From an uncultured Chloroflexia bacterium (GTDB lineage: Bacteria > Chloroflexota > Limnocylindria > Limnocylindrales > CSP1-4), in NCBI GenBank assembly GCA_963749705.1, contig CAVVNQ010000008.1, forward strand, positions 224,001 to 288,000: a stretch of 64,000 nucleotides of DNA, given 5' to 3'. Position numbers and translations under genes: made by a program. Below are positions 1 through 9,661 of the stretch, piece by piece; within the stretch, counting starts at the first letter, position 1; each line of letters starts with the position of its first letter. The notes under the pieces are model-generated. The model was not told the DNA's origin and did not search any database. It saw only the letters and a program-made list of their open reading frames with translations.

Positions 1-27
1 GGGTCGAACCGCCTTCGCGGAGCGGCG

Positions 28-333
28 TCAGCCGGCCGTCGGGCCCGGCGCGTAGGCGACCGCGACCACGGCCTTGGTCTCGTATCCGGAGCCGTCACGA
101 CCCATGAACGCACCCGCGTGGCGCAATGGCATCGAGGTCATCGACACCATGCGGAGTCTGCGGTTGGCGGCCAGGTCCGCGGCGTCACGGGCGATGTCCG
201 CATACAGCGTCATCGGGTCGATCTCCGACCCGTAGTCACCTGGTGCGTAGACAACGATCAGCTGGCCATCGCCAGCATCGAACTCGGCACGGCCCACGGT
301 CCACCCCTTTTCGAGACCGCCTTCGTCGAACAT
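28..333 (-). CDS. hypothetical protein
   Basis: Protein-like portion of ORF 28..480 from ATG 333 (MFDEGGLEKGW...); start uncertain. Confidence 0.55.
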   Translation of the reverse strand: MFDEGGLEKGWTVGRAEFDAGDGQLIVVYAPGDYGSEIDPMTLYADIARDAADLAANRRLRMVSMTSMPLRHAGAFMGRDGSGYETKAVVAVAYAPGPTAG

Positions 334-554
334 GAGATCGCCGATCGGCACGCCGAACCTACGGCGCACCAGCCGGCCGGTCAAGCGCTGCGCGGATCCA
401 TGTCCGGTCCCGCCGATCCGCCGGACGGCGACCCGGTGACCCGGTCGCAGACGTCGGCCGGCGTTTCTTCCGTGAGCCACGCGACGATGGGTGCGCCGGC
501 GTGCATCATGGATGGACGCCGGGTCACGCCACGGCGAGCAGCGGGAGGGATGCC

Positions 555-947
555 ATGCCGACGCTGACGATCGAGGACCGGACGGCCACCGGGACGCCGA
601 CGGGGTCGATCACGATGCCGGACATGCCGGACCGGATCACGCTCCGGGACCTGATCCGGCTGCGCGTCCGCGAGGAGGTTGCCCGGTACAACCTGAGGCC
701 GGTCGAGCGGTTCAATGGGCTGGTCCAGCCGGCCGGCGCCCAACCGACCCTCGGCGGCTTCCTGATGGGCAAGCCGCGCCGGATCGACTGGGAGGTGCAG
801 GCAGATATCGCCATCGAAAGCTTCCTGCGCAACGGGTTCTTCGTGCTGATCGACGGCCGGCAGGTCACCGATCTCGACGCCGAGGTCCGGCTGACCGGGA
901 CGCTCGATGTCGGGTTCGTGAAGCTGACACCGCTCGTCGGGGGATGA
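555..947 (+). CDS. small conserved protein ending in LVGG (possible ubiquitin-like/beta-grasp)
   Basis: GGAGG RBS at 544-548; ends FVKLTPLVGG*; stop overlaps next ATG (ATGA). Confidence 0.8.
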   Translation: MPTLTIEDRTATGTPTGSITMPDMPDRITLRDLIRLRVREEVARYNLRPVERFNGLVQPAGAQPTLGGFLMGKPRRIDWEVQADIAIESFLRNGFFVLIDGRQVTDLDAEVRLTGTLDVGFVKLTPLVGG

Positions 948-3484
948 GCATGGGCGCCGGCGCGAACCCCGCCGACCTCACGCTCGAGGACCACCGGCGG
1001 CGGGCGGGTCTCGCCGTCGATGCGGCGATCGTCGCGGCGACCGGGCATCCGTACCTCGTACGAACCCTGGCCCCGGTTCGCGAGCTGGCCGAGGCCACGC
1101 CCGATGACCTCCGCTCGATCGTGATCGTGCTGATGGATCGGGCGTCACGGGGCGCATCGGTGCTCGACCGCGTTCGCGGCGTCGTGGGCGGCCGGCCCGC
1201 CGGATGGATCGCGTCGATGGTGCTCACGACCCTGGGCAGCCGCCGTCCGCCGTTCACCCGCGCCGACATCGCGCTGCTGCTCCGCCTCGCCGCGGAGGTG
1301 ACGCGCCGGCACCGCGGCCACGAGGAGTGGCTCCAGGTGTCGCTGTTCTCCCAGCCGGTCGCGGCGGCCGAGCGCGCGGTCAAGGCCGGCGGCCTGGCCG
1401 AGCTCGAACCGCCGATCCATGAGCTCGCCGATGCCCTCGAGGGCTTCACGCAGCACTCGGGCGCGCAGGTCGCGAAGTACCGCGCGCGGCTGGCCGCGCT
1501 GCTGCGCCCCGGCGAATCGGACGCGGAGCCAGGTCGCGCGGCGATCGATCCGTCGATGATCGCGGACGGCGACACCTGGGGCGCCACGTGGCGTGAACGC
1601 GTCACCGCCCTGTCGTCGAGAGAGGCGGCGCTGGTCGCGCACCTCCCGCTCGCCGCCGGCGTGACGCCGAGCGCCGCCTGGCGACGTCGGGCGGGAGCGC
1701 TTGCCGGCCAACCGGGCGCCGGCGACCTGCTGCGCGCGATGCTCGACGGTGCCACGACCTCGCGGACCACGCGCGAGCCGCAGCGCTACCAGATCGGCGA
1801 CCAGGTGCTCGTCGTCGCCCAGCCGGCGATCAGCGATGCGAACGTCCTGCTGCTGCGAGGCGCCATGTGGGCGGCCGCATCGCTGGACGAGCCGTGGGTC
1901 ACGGATCTGCTCACGGCGATCGGCCTCCACTTCGGGACCTCGGGCGGCTCCAGCAACGTGGCCCGGGACGAGCGACTCGCGAACACGGCCGCGGCGGCGC
2001 TGGGCTCGATGGCGGGGCCATCGGCGATCGCGGGGATCGGCCGGATGAAGGCGAAGGTCACCAACCGCAACGTGTCGCGGCAGATCGCCAAGGCGCTCGC
2101 CGCCGCGGCCGGTCGCGCCGGGATCACGCCCTCGGAGCTGCTCGAGGCGGCCGTCCCCACGCTCGGCCTCGATGCCGACGGGCGACGCGAGATCGCGGTC
2201 GCCGATCACGTCGCCGTGTTGACGCTCGAGGGCGACGAGGCATCGCTCGCATGGCGGGCTCCCGACGGGCGGGTCACGGCGCGGCCGCCGGCCGCCATCG
2301 CCGCGGACAAGGCGGCGATCGCCACGGCGAAGGCCGAGCTCGGGGAGCTGCGCAAGGCGCTGGCCGTGGAGCGGGGACGGATCGAGGAGCTGTACGTCGA
2401 GGATCGATCATGGGCGATCCAGGAGTGGCGGACGCGGTATCTCGAGCACCCGCTCACCGGATCGATCGGTCGGCGGCTGATCTGGGCATTCACCGACGGC
2501 GAGCGAGTGGCGACGGCGATCCCCGACGGCGACGAGCTCCTGGCGGCGGACGGCGGGCACGTGCAGCCGGGGCCGGACGCCACCGTCCGGCTGTGGCACC
2601 CGATCGTTGCGTCGGAGGCGGACATCGCGGCCTGGCGGACGCTGATCGTCGAGCGGCGCATCCGCCAGCCGATCAAGCAGGCGTTCCGCGAGGTCTACCG
2701 GCTGACGCCGGCGGAGGAGGAGACGGAGACCTACTCGAACCGGTTCGCCGCGCACATCCTCCGCTACCCGCAGGCTCGGGCGCTGATGACCGCGCGCCGC
2801 TGGGGCTCGAACTTCCTCGGCCCGTACGACGGCGGGTTCAACGGCGTCGCGAAGCGCGTGTTCCCGACACACGAGCTGCGCGCGGAGTTCTGGCACGACG
2901 CGATCGAGGCCGAGATGCACGGCGACGTCGCCCACTGCACGACCGACCAGGTGCGGTTCGTCCGGCCCGGTCCTCCGGAGGCGACCGTGCCGCTGCGTGA
3001 CGTCCCGTCGATCGTGCTGTCCGAGGCGATGCGCGACGTCGACCTGTTCGTCTCGGTGACGTCGGTCGGGGCGGACCGCAACTGGCAGGATGGCGGGCGC
3101 GACCGTGGCCACGTGTTCGACGGGTACTGGACGGCGTACTGGGATCAGCCGCTCACGGCGACGGCGAACGTCCGCCGCGACGTCCTCGAGCGCATGATCC
3201 CGGGCCTCGCGATCGCGGAGCGGCTCGAGGTCCGGGATCGCTGGCTGGTGGTCCGGGGCGATCTGCGCACCTACCGGATCCACCTGGGCAGCGGGAACAT
3301 CCTGATGGAGCCGTCCGACACGTACCTGTGCATCGTCCCGACCCGCGGCGGGTCGGCGGAGCGCCTGTTCCTGCCATTCGACGACGATCCGACGCTCAGC
3401 ATCATCCTCAGCAAGGCGTTCCTCCTGGCTGCGGACAACCGGATCACCGACCGGACGATCCTGAGCCAGATCCATCGGCCCTGA
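944..3484 (+). CDS. DUF4132 domain-containing protein
   Basis: QPIKQAFREVY motif, HPLTGSIGRRLIW, C-terminal YRIHLGSGNILMEP...LSIILSKAFLLA; helical Ala-rich N-terminus. Confidence 0.8.
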   Translation: MSMGAGANPADLTLEDHRRRAGLAVDAAIVAATGHPYLVRTLAPVRELAEATPDDLRSIVIVLMDRASRGASVLDRVRGVVGGRPAGWIASMVLTTLGSRRPPFTRADIALLLRLAAEVTRRHRGHEEWLQVSLFSQPVAAAERAVKAGGLAELEPPIHELADALEGFTQHSGAQVAKYRARLAALLRPGESDAEPGRAAIDPSMIADGDTWGATWRERVTALSSREAALVAHLPLAAGVTPSAAWRRRAGALAGQPGAGDLLRAMLDGATTSRTTREPQRYQIGDQVLVVAQPAISDANVLLLRGAMWAAASLDEPWVTDLLTAIGLHFGTSGGSSNVARDERLANTAAAALGSMAGPSAIAGIGRMKAKVTNRNVSRQIAKALAAAAGRAGITPSELLEAAVPTLGLDADGRREIAVADHVAVLTLEGDEASLAWRAPDGRVTARPPAAIAADKAAIATAKAELGELRKALAVERGRIEELYVEDRSWAIQEWRTRYLEHPLTGSIGRRLIWAFTDGERVATAIPDGDELLAADGGHVQPGPDATVRLWHPIVASEADIAAWRTLIVERRIRQPIKQAFREVYRLTPAEEETETYSNRFAAHILRYPQARALMTARRWGSNFLGPYDGGFNGVAKRVFPTHELRAEFWHDAIEAEMHGDVAHCTTDQVRFVRPGPPEATVPLRDVPSIVLSEAMRDVDLFVSVTSVGADRNWQDGGRDRGHVFDGYWTAYWDQPLTATANVRRDVLERMIPGLAIAERLEVRDRWLVVRGDLRTYRIHLGSGNILMEPSDTYLCIVPTRGGSAERLFLPFDDDPTLSIILSKAFLLAADNRITDRTILSQIHRP

Positions 3485-3746
3485 CCGACCACGACCACGT
3501 TCGAGATCACCTGGACCGAGCCCGACGGCGCCGCGTCATCGTTCCTCGTCTACGGCATGACCGTGTGCCTCCGCGACGAGGCGAGGTACGACGGTCAGCC
3601 ATGCGTCGTGCGCGGCATGAAGATCGACAAGGACACCCTGATCCTGATCGGCCAGGCCCCGGGCGACGCCCGCAACCAACGCCGCCGGCGACAGCATCTT
3701 CACGATCGTCCACAGCGACACCGTGTGCTTCCAGTGCACGTACTGA
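3485..3746 (+). pseudogene. remnant of a secreted, possibly fibronectin-III-like protein (no start, frameshift near 3672)
   Basis: FEITWTEPDG..SFLVYG..C..C in one frame, then ATNAAGDSIFTIVHSDTVCFQCTY* in another. Confidence 0.4.
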
Positions 3747-4062
3747 GCGCCGGCGCAGCCCATCACGGGCCGGGCGGGCTCCGCGATGCCATGACGGAGG
3801 GTCGCCGGGCCTGACGGACGGCGATCCCACGTCTCCACGGCCCGGTACCGCGGGGGCAGGACCATCGTCCGGGCGACGTTCGATTCGGTGCGCGAATGCA
3901 CCGCAATGTGGCATCCGCGGGCCCGGATCGAGCGTCACGCACGGTAATGGGTGGTTGAGGGTACCGGCGTCCGTTGTGCCGCCGACGATCGGACGGTAGT
4001 GTCCGAATGATCCGGCGGAGTGCCCACCGTCTATCCCATGGGCAGCACTGATTGGAACGATA

Positions 4063-4878
4063 TTGCCCCTGGTGCCAGATCCCTGGCCCGAGTATCCCCG
4101 CGCGCCGTTTTCGGCTGACGGGCTGACGTTCGACGTGCTCCGGCACGTCGTGCCCGGTGCTGCCACCGTGATCCTCCTCCACGAGCTGCCGGGTCACGGC
4201 GAGCCAACGATCGCGGTCGCCGATCGCCTGGTCGCGGGCGGCTTCTCGGTCGCGATGCCGGTGCTGCTGCCGCCCGCCATTCGCCGTCCCGGCCTCCGGC
4301 AGGCGATCGGGAACGGCCGCAGCGTGCTCGCATCCGATGCGTTCGCGCCGCTCGCGCTTCGGAAGGATCGTCCGGTGACCGCGTGGCTGCGAAGGCTCGC
4401 GACCCACGAGGCGATGGTCTCGGGCCGGCCGGTCGGGATCGTGGGCATGTCGCTGACCGGCAGCTTCGCGCTCGCGGCCGCCGTCGATCCCGCGGTCGGT
4501 GCCGCTGTTGCGAGCCAGCCGTCGATGCCGCCGTCGCTGTTCAGGTGGCAGCTCGACCTGGCGATGTCGAACGCCACCCTCGATGAGCTCGTCGATCGCG
4601 CGGAGGCCGGGTTCCGCGTGCGTGCCCTGCGCTTCTCGCGCGACCCCATCTCGCGCGGCCGGCGGATGCGGTTCATCGGCGACATGCTGCCCAACGCCGA
4701 GATCGTCGAGGTCCCGACCCGGAGCCCGATCCGGCATTCGGTGCTCGCGTCCGCGACGCGCGCCCGCGAGGGTTCGCCGCTCCATTCGGCGCTGGTGGGC
4801 ACCATCTACTACCTGCGCGAACAGCTCGGCGCCCCGCCGGACAACCGGATCCCCCGGATCACGAGGGGGTTGTGGTGA
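4063..4878 (+). CDS. dienelactone hydrolase family alpha/beta hydrolase
   Basis: VILLHELPG, GIVGMSLTG nucleophile elbow, SQPSMP, HSVL. Confidence 0.75.
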   Translation: MPLVPDPWPEYPRAPFSADGLTFDVLRHVVPGAATVILLHELPGHGEPTIAVADRLVAGGFSVAMPVLLPPAIRRPGLRQAIGNGRSVLASDAFAPLALRKDRPVTAWLRRLATHEAMVSGRPVGIVGMSLTGSFALAAAVDPAVGAAVASQPSMPPSLFRWQLDLAMSNATLDELVDRAEAGFRVRALRFSRDPISRGRRMRFIGDMLPNAEIVEVPTRSPIRHSVLASATRAREGSPLHSALVGTIYYLREQLGAPPDNRIPRITRGLW

Positions 4879-7127
4879 GCATCGTGGGCACCGGACGCCA
4901 GCCCGAGGAGGAGGACGAGCTTCCCGTGTGGCTGCCCCGGTGGCGGCCGCCCGAGCGCGTGCTCGAGGCGCTGCCCGAGGACCTGCCGCCGGCCTTCCCG
5001 GAGCCGCAGGCGACCCTGAGCGAAGATCGGGAGCCCGTGGCCGAGCCACGCGTCGACGCACACGACGCGGACCGGTCCGGCCACCGGGCGGACGGCAAGC
5101 GGGACGACGGCAAGGGCGGCAGGAAGCGGACCCGGAAGCAGCGCAAGAAGGACCGGAAGCGGGAGCGCGAGGCGCTGGCTTTGGCAAACCGGATGCGGGA
5201 GCGACGAGCCCGGAACGCGCCCCTGGCCGAGGCTCCGCCGCGCGCCGAGGCGCGATTGCCGGACATCGTGGTCGACCGGCCGCCGCGGTCTGGCCCGGCG
5301 ACCGCCGAACCGGATGCCGAGCCCGAGGCGGCGGATCCCGAGCTCGAGGAGGTCGCAGCCGAGCCCGAGGGAGCGGCGGCCGGGGAGCCGCGCACCGGCA
5401 TCGGCGATGGCGGCGACCCGAACCGCATCGGGATCGTGTTCGTCCACGGCATCGATGGCCGCAGGCCGGGGGAGACGCTGATCGCTTGGGCGCGCCCGAT
5501 CGTGCGCCTGCTGACGGCGTGGGCGACGACCACGTACGGCGTCCGGCCGCAGAACGACCCGACGATATCGGCCGGGGTGGACTTCACGGGCGCCCGCCGA
5601 CCGGTCGTTGTCGCGTCCGTGTCCGAGCTTGGCGATCACCCGGCCCAGACGTGGATCATGACCGAGGCGTGGTGGGCGACCCAGGTGAGCCCGCCGCCAC
5701 TCGGAGCGATGCTGCGATGGCTGCTGCCGGGCGAGCTGATCCGGGTCTGGTCGGGCATCGTGTCGGGCACGGCCGGCCGGGCCGGGATCCTGTTCCGGCT
5801 CGCGGACGTGCTCCTCCTGTTCCTGTTCCTGGTGCCCGCCGGCATCGCGGTCCTGCTCGCGGCGATCCTCCTCCGCGTGCTGCGGGCGATCCCCTGGGGG
5901 CCGCTCCGGGACGTGGCGACGCGGTGGACGATGCGGCTGTTCCTGCTGGGCGGGTTCGGCGACGTCCGCCTCCTGCTCACCGACCGCGTCCAGGCGGCCA
6001 ACGCCCGGGGCCGGGTCGCCGAGGCGATCCGCGACTGCCGGGCAGCCGGCTGCGGGACGATCGTGCTGATCGGCCAGTCGAGCGGTGCGCTGGTGGCCTA
6101 CATGACCCTCGCCGACGAGACGTACGCCACGCTCCCGGTGCGCGAGCTCATCACCGTCGGCCAGACGCTGGGCACCGCCTGGCGCCTCGGGCACGCCGAC
6201 GAGTACGACGTGCCCGACCGCAGCCCGGACCGCCTGTACCGCGGCGATCGGCTGCGCGGGAACGTGGCCAGCCTCCCATTCCGCGCGGGGCTGCGCTGGC
6301 ACGACTTCTGGGCGACCCACGATCCCGGACCCGCCGGGCCGCTGATGACCGGATCGCAGGTGACGTTCCCCGAGCTCGCGGGTGGGGTGTCGACGCCGGT
6401 GTTCAACCGGATGAGCCTGCGCCGCGATCGGGACACCTACTGGGACAACGACGAGGAGCTCGTGCTGCCCGTCGCACGCCTCATCGACGAGGCGCCGGCC
6501 GGGCCGCCACGACGGTCGCGGTTCTTCCCCGAGGGCCCGTCGACCCGGCGCGTCGAGCGGCGCCGGCACCGGGTGCGGCTGCTCAGGCTCGCCTGGATCG
6601 CGATCGCCGTGTCGGTTGTTGCCTCGATCGCCCTTGCCGTGCTCGACCCGCTGGTCCCGGGCGGTGCCTCCGGCCTCGAGAACGCCGGGCGCGGCGCCCG
6701 TGACGGGCTCGCGGCGCTCCTCGACGGGCTGCGGCCGGCGCTCGACTCGGCAGGCGTGCAGCTCGGCGTCGGGACCATCGAGCGGAGTGCGGCGATCGCG
6801 GTCGGGCTGGTGCTGATCGTGGTGGCCTACTGGCTTGTCTCGAGCACGACGACCTGGCTGTGGCTTGCGTGGGACGCCCGCGAGCGGCGGATCGCGCTCC
6901 AGCCGATCCCCGAGTGGCGATCGATGCTGCCGCTCGCGATCCAGCTCGGCCTGTGCGCGGGCTCCGGACTGTGGCTGGCGACCGTGACGGCGACCGGCGA
7001 CTGGTCCTTTGCCGTGCCATCGACTGCCGCGCTCGTGCTGGCCGTGGTCGCCGGTGCGCTCACCAGGCGCGGCCGGATCCGCCGGCCGACCCTCGAGGAG
7101 CTGGCGTACGAGGACGTCCTGCCCTGA
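4872..7127 (+). CDS. membrane protein with alpha/beta-hydrolase-like domain
   Basis: VFVHGI and LIGQSSG lipase-like motifs, several hydrophobic segments, disordered N-terminus. Confidence 0.65.
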   Translation: MVSIVGTGRQPEEEDELPVWLPRWRPPERVLEALPEDLPPAFPEPQATLSEDREPVAEPRVDAHDADRSGHRADGKRDDGKGGRKRTRKQRKKDRKREREALALANRMRERRARNAPLAEAPPRAEARLPDIVVDRPPRSGPATAEPDAEPEAADPELEEVAAEPEGAAAGEPRTGIGDGGDPNRIGIVFVHGIDGRRPGETLIAWARPIVRLLTAWATTTYGVRPQNDPTISAGVDFTGARRPVVVASVSELGDHPAQTWIMTEAWWATQVSPPPLGAMLRWLLPGELIRVWSGIVSGTAGRAGILFRLADVLLLFLFLVPAGIAVLLAAILLRVLRAIPWGPLRDVATRWTMRLFLLGGFGDVRLLLTDRVQAANARGRVAEAIRDCRAAGCGTIVLIGQSSGALVAYMTLADETYATLPVRELITVGQTLGTAWRLGHADEYDVPDRSPDRLYRGDRLRGNVASLPFRAGLRWHDFWATHDPGPAGPLMTGSQVTFPELAGGVSTPVFNRMSLRRDRDTYWDNDEELVLPVARLIDEAPAGPPRRSRFFPEGPSTRRVERRRHRVRLLRLAWIAIAVSVVASIALAVLDPLVPGGASGLENAGRGARDGLAALLDGLRPALDSAGVQLGVGTIERSAAIAVGLVLIVVAYWLVSSTTTWLWLAWDARERRIALQPIPEWRSMLPLAIQLGLCAGSGLWLATVTATGDWSFAVPSTAALVLAVVAGALTRRGRIRRPTLEELAYEDVLP

Positions 7128-7211
7128 GCCTGGGCTCCGGCAGTGTCGTCGGCCGGCGCGAGCCGGCGAGCGGCGCGACCGACCCCGGGTCACGCGTCGA
7201 GGCGAACCCCG

Positions 7212-7583
7212 TCAGCCGAGGGCGCGCCGGATCGCGGGGACGTCGTCGCCCAGCAGGACCACATGCCCGTCGACCGTCGTGTACAGCAGGGTGACATTGA
7301 CCCCGGCGTCCGCGACCCGACGCAGAAGCGCCGCGCCCGCGCCAGGCTCGTTCTCGACCGGCGCGACGGCCGCAGCGCTCTGGGCCAGGATGTCGAACCC
7401 GGCGTCGATCAGCGCCCGCGTCGCTCGCTCCGTGTCGACGACGAGGACGTGGCAGATCCCGCGATCGTCTTCCGCGAACCCGCAGGCGCCGTCGATGTTG
7501 ACGCCGGCATGACCCAGAGCGGCGAGCGCCTCGGCGAGCGTGCCCGGGCGGTTCGCCAGGCGGATCGTCAGGTCGGTCGTCAT
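7212..7583 (-). CDS. ACT domain (tandem) protein
   Basis: LANRPGTLA..GVNI and ENEPGAGA..GVNV ACT repeats; GGAGG RBS. Confidence 0.85.
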   Translation of the reverse strand: MTTDLTIRLANRPGTLAEALAALGHAGVNIDGACGFAEDDRGICHVLVVDTERATRALIDAGFDILAQSAAAVAPVENEPGAGAALLRRVADAGVNVTLLYTTVDGHVVLLGDDVPAIRRALG

Positions 7584-7627
7584 GCGTTGCCTCCGTCCAC
7601 GTGGCCCAGCTCGCGAACCGCGCGCTG

Positions 7628-7906
7628 TCAGGCGATGGTGTCGATGTGCCCGCCGAGCGGGACGTTCCAGCCGATGAGCTCGCAGCCGAGGTAATGCGGC
7701 GCGCCCTGGCCCGGGGTGCAGTCGGAGCAGCCCCAATAGGTCAGCCCGCCCTCGTCGGCCAGGTACGCGACATCGCACTGCGCCTCGGTGGGATCGCAGT
7801 TGCGAGCATGGCAGGCGCAGTTGCAGTGGGCCCAGTGATCGCAGGTGCAGGCGGCCGTGGGCGACGGGGACCGCAGGACGCTGGCCGGGAATGGGGACGC
7901 TTGCAT
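7628..7906 (-). CDS. small Cys/His-rich protein (92 aa)
   Basis: GAGGAG RBS; CTCDHWAHCNCACH..C..C..CSDC..C. Confidence 0.6.
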   Translation of the reverse strand: MQASPFPASVLRSPSPTAACTCDHWAHCNCACHARNCDPTEAQCDVAYLADEGGLTYWGCSDCTPGQGAPHYLGCELIGWNVPLGGHIDTIA

Positions 7907-8086
7907 GCCGGGTCTCCTCGCCGCGCCACCGACCGGGCGTTCCCGCCCCGGCCCGGTGGCATCGATTGTCCTCCGCACCGTCAACTGCGTGCCCGAGGAT
8001 GTCCGTGGATCGCGTGTCGGTTGTATCGATCTGATATCATTCTGATCGCGCGCATGCATGTCGCGCAGAAGGAGCATCGGACTTCG

Positions 8087-8989
8087 ATGAACAAGGAACG
8101 AATCGCCCAATCGCTGCCCGGAATCCCCGCCCTGGTCGTCCTCCTGGTGGCGTCGGTCGCCTACGTCGCGGGGTTCATCTGGTATGCCGTCGAGGTCCTT
8201 GGGCCGCTCGGCGACCGCTTCGGCCTCCTCGACCTCGCCCAGCTCGGGCTGGTCTCGCTGGTGGGGATCATCATCGCCGTCGCCTGGGGCGGGCTGACCC
8301 CGGTCAACCCCAACGAGGCGCGGGCACTGGTCCTGTTCGGCCACTACGCGGGATCGATCCGCGAGCAGGGCTTTCACTGGGTCAACCCGTTCACGCGCCG
8401 GCCCAGGATCTCCGTCCGGGTCCGCAACTTCGAGACCTCGAAGCTCAAGGTCAACGACCATGACGGCAACCCGATCGAGATCGCCGCGGTCGTGGTGTGG
8501 AAGGTGACCGACACGGCCGAGGCCCTGTTCGAGGTCGACGACTTCGAGAACTTCGTCCATGTCCAGGCCGAGTCCGCGCTGCGGAACCTGGCCACGACGC
8601 ATCCCTATGACGCGCACAACGAGGGGGACGTCGCCCTCCGGGCCAACCAGGCGGAGATCGCCGACCAGCTCCGCACGGAGATCCAGGATCGGCTGGTCAA
8701 GGCCGGCCTGGAGGTCATCGAGGCACGGATCAGCCACCTCGCCTACGCCCCCGAGATCGCCAACGCGATGCTCCGCCGGCAGCAGGCGAACGCGGTCATC
8801 GCGGCGCGTTCCCGGATCGTCGAGGGCGCGGTCGGCATGGTCGAGATGGCGCTCGACCAGCTGTCCGCCAAGCAGGTCGTGAACCTCGACGAGGAGCGCA
8901 AGGCGCAGATGGTGAGCAACCTGCTGGTCGTGCTGTGCTCGGATCACGAGCTCCAGCCGGTGGTCAACACCGGGACGCTCTACGCGTAG
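8087..8989 (+). CDS. SPFH/Band 7 domain membrane protein
   Basis: [44 protein letters not shown]. Confidence 0.9.
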   Translation: MNKERIAQSLPGIPALVVLLVASVAYVAGFIWYAVEVLGPLGDRFGLLDLAQLGLVSLVGIIIAVAWGGLTPVNPNEARALVLFGHYAGSIREQGFHWVNPFTRRPRISVRVRNFETSKLKVNDHDGNPIEIAAVVVWKVTDTAEALFEVDDFENFVHVQAESALRNLATTHPYDAHNEGDVALRANQAEIADQLRTEIQDRLVKAGLEVIEARISHLAYAPEIANAMLRRQQANAVIAARSRIVEGAVGMVEMALDQLSAKQVVNLDEERKAQMVSNLLVVLCSDHELQPVVNTGTLYA

Positions 8990-9037
8990 CGGCGGGCCGG
9001 GCGGACCGCCCACGCGGGACGACACGCGCCGACCGTC

Positions 9038-9226
9038 ATGACCGAGCGGAAGCCGTTCCTCCTCCGCCTCGACCCGGAGACGTTCGCGGCCCTCCAGCGA
9101 TGGGCCGCGGACGACCTCCGCTCGGTCAACGGCCAGATCGAGTTCCTGCTGCGTCGAGCGTTGCGGGATGCGAGCCGGGCGCCGAAGCCCGCCAGCCGCC
9201 CAGGGTCCGCGAAGGCTGACCCGTAG
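9038..9226 (+). CDS. ribbon-helix-helix (Arc-like) DNA-binding protein
   Basis: [31 protein letters not shown]; usual SPFH neighbour. Confidence 0.8.
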   Translation: MTERKPFLLRLDPETFAALQRWAADDLRSVNGQIEFLLRRALRDASRAPKPASRPGSAKADP

Positions 9227-9378
9227 CCGGGCTCGGCACGTCGATCGCTCGCGCGGCTGCCGGCGAGCCGGCCGCCCTCCGGTCCGGACCCTCGTCCCGT
9301 CCGGTCACGCCGAACGGACCTTCCCAGGACCGGCCGGCTCGTTGATGCTCGGGACACCGTCACGCACGGAGGTTGGGC

Positions 9379-9582
9379 ATGATCGCGAAGGTCGGCGACC
9401 GGATCATCATCGAGACCGAGAAGGTCGGGCAGCGGGACCGCGAGGGCGAGATCCTGGCCGTGTTCGAGTCCCCGTTCGGAACGAACTACCGCGTCCGCTG
9501 GGACGACGGCCACGAGAGCGAGATTCGCCCGGGAGCCGGCAGCGCGCGGATCGTCCCGGCCGCGAAGGTCGGACGAGCCTGA
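9379..9582 (+). CDS. DUF1918 domain protein
   Basis: AKVGDRIII..REGEIL..YRVRWDDGHES..PG; GGAGG RBS. Confidence 0.8.
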   Translation: MIAKVGDRIIIETEKVGQRDREGEILAVFESPFGTNYRVRWDDGHESEIRPGAGSARIVPAAKVGRA

Positions 9583-9661
9583 GGTCGGCGATCCCAGCGG
9601 CCAGGCTCGCGGACCTCCGGCGGCGCGCTGCGCGTCGCGATGCGCGGCGACGACCCCGACC

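Noticed and set aside
3482-3484. Selenocysteine read-through of the DUF4132 TGA
   Set aside because: The DUF4132 protein already appears to end at its family-typical C-terminus and the downstream frame is broken; a gene remnant is simpler.
3901-3928. Minus-strand match to the right arm of the 28-bp site (CCACATTGCGG)
   Set aside because: No left arm at the correct spacing; isolated and opposite in orientation.
7288-7315. Left-arm-like AGGGTGACATT
   Set aside because: Inside the ACT-domain gene and without a right arm.
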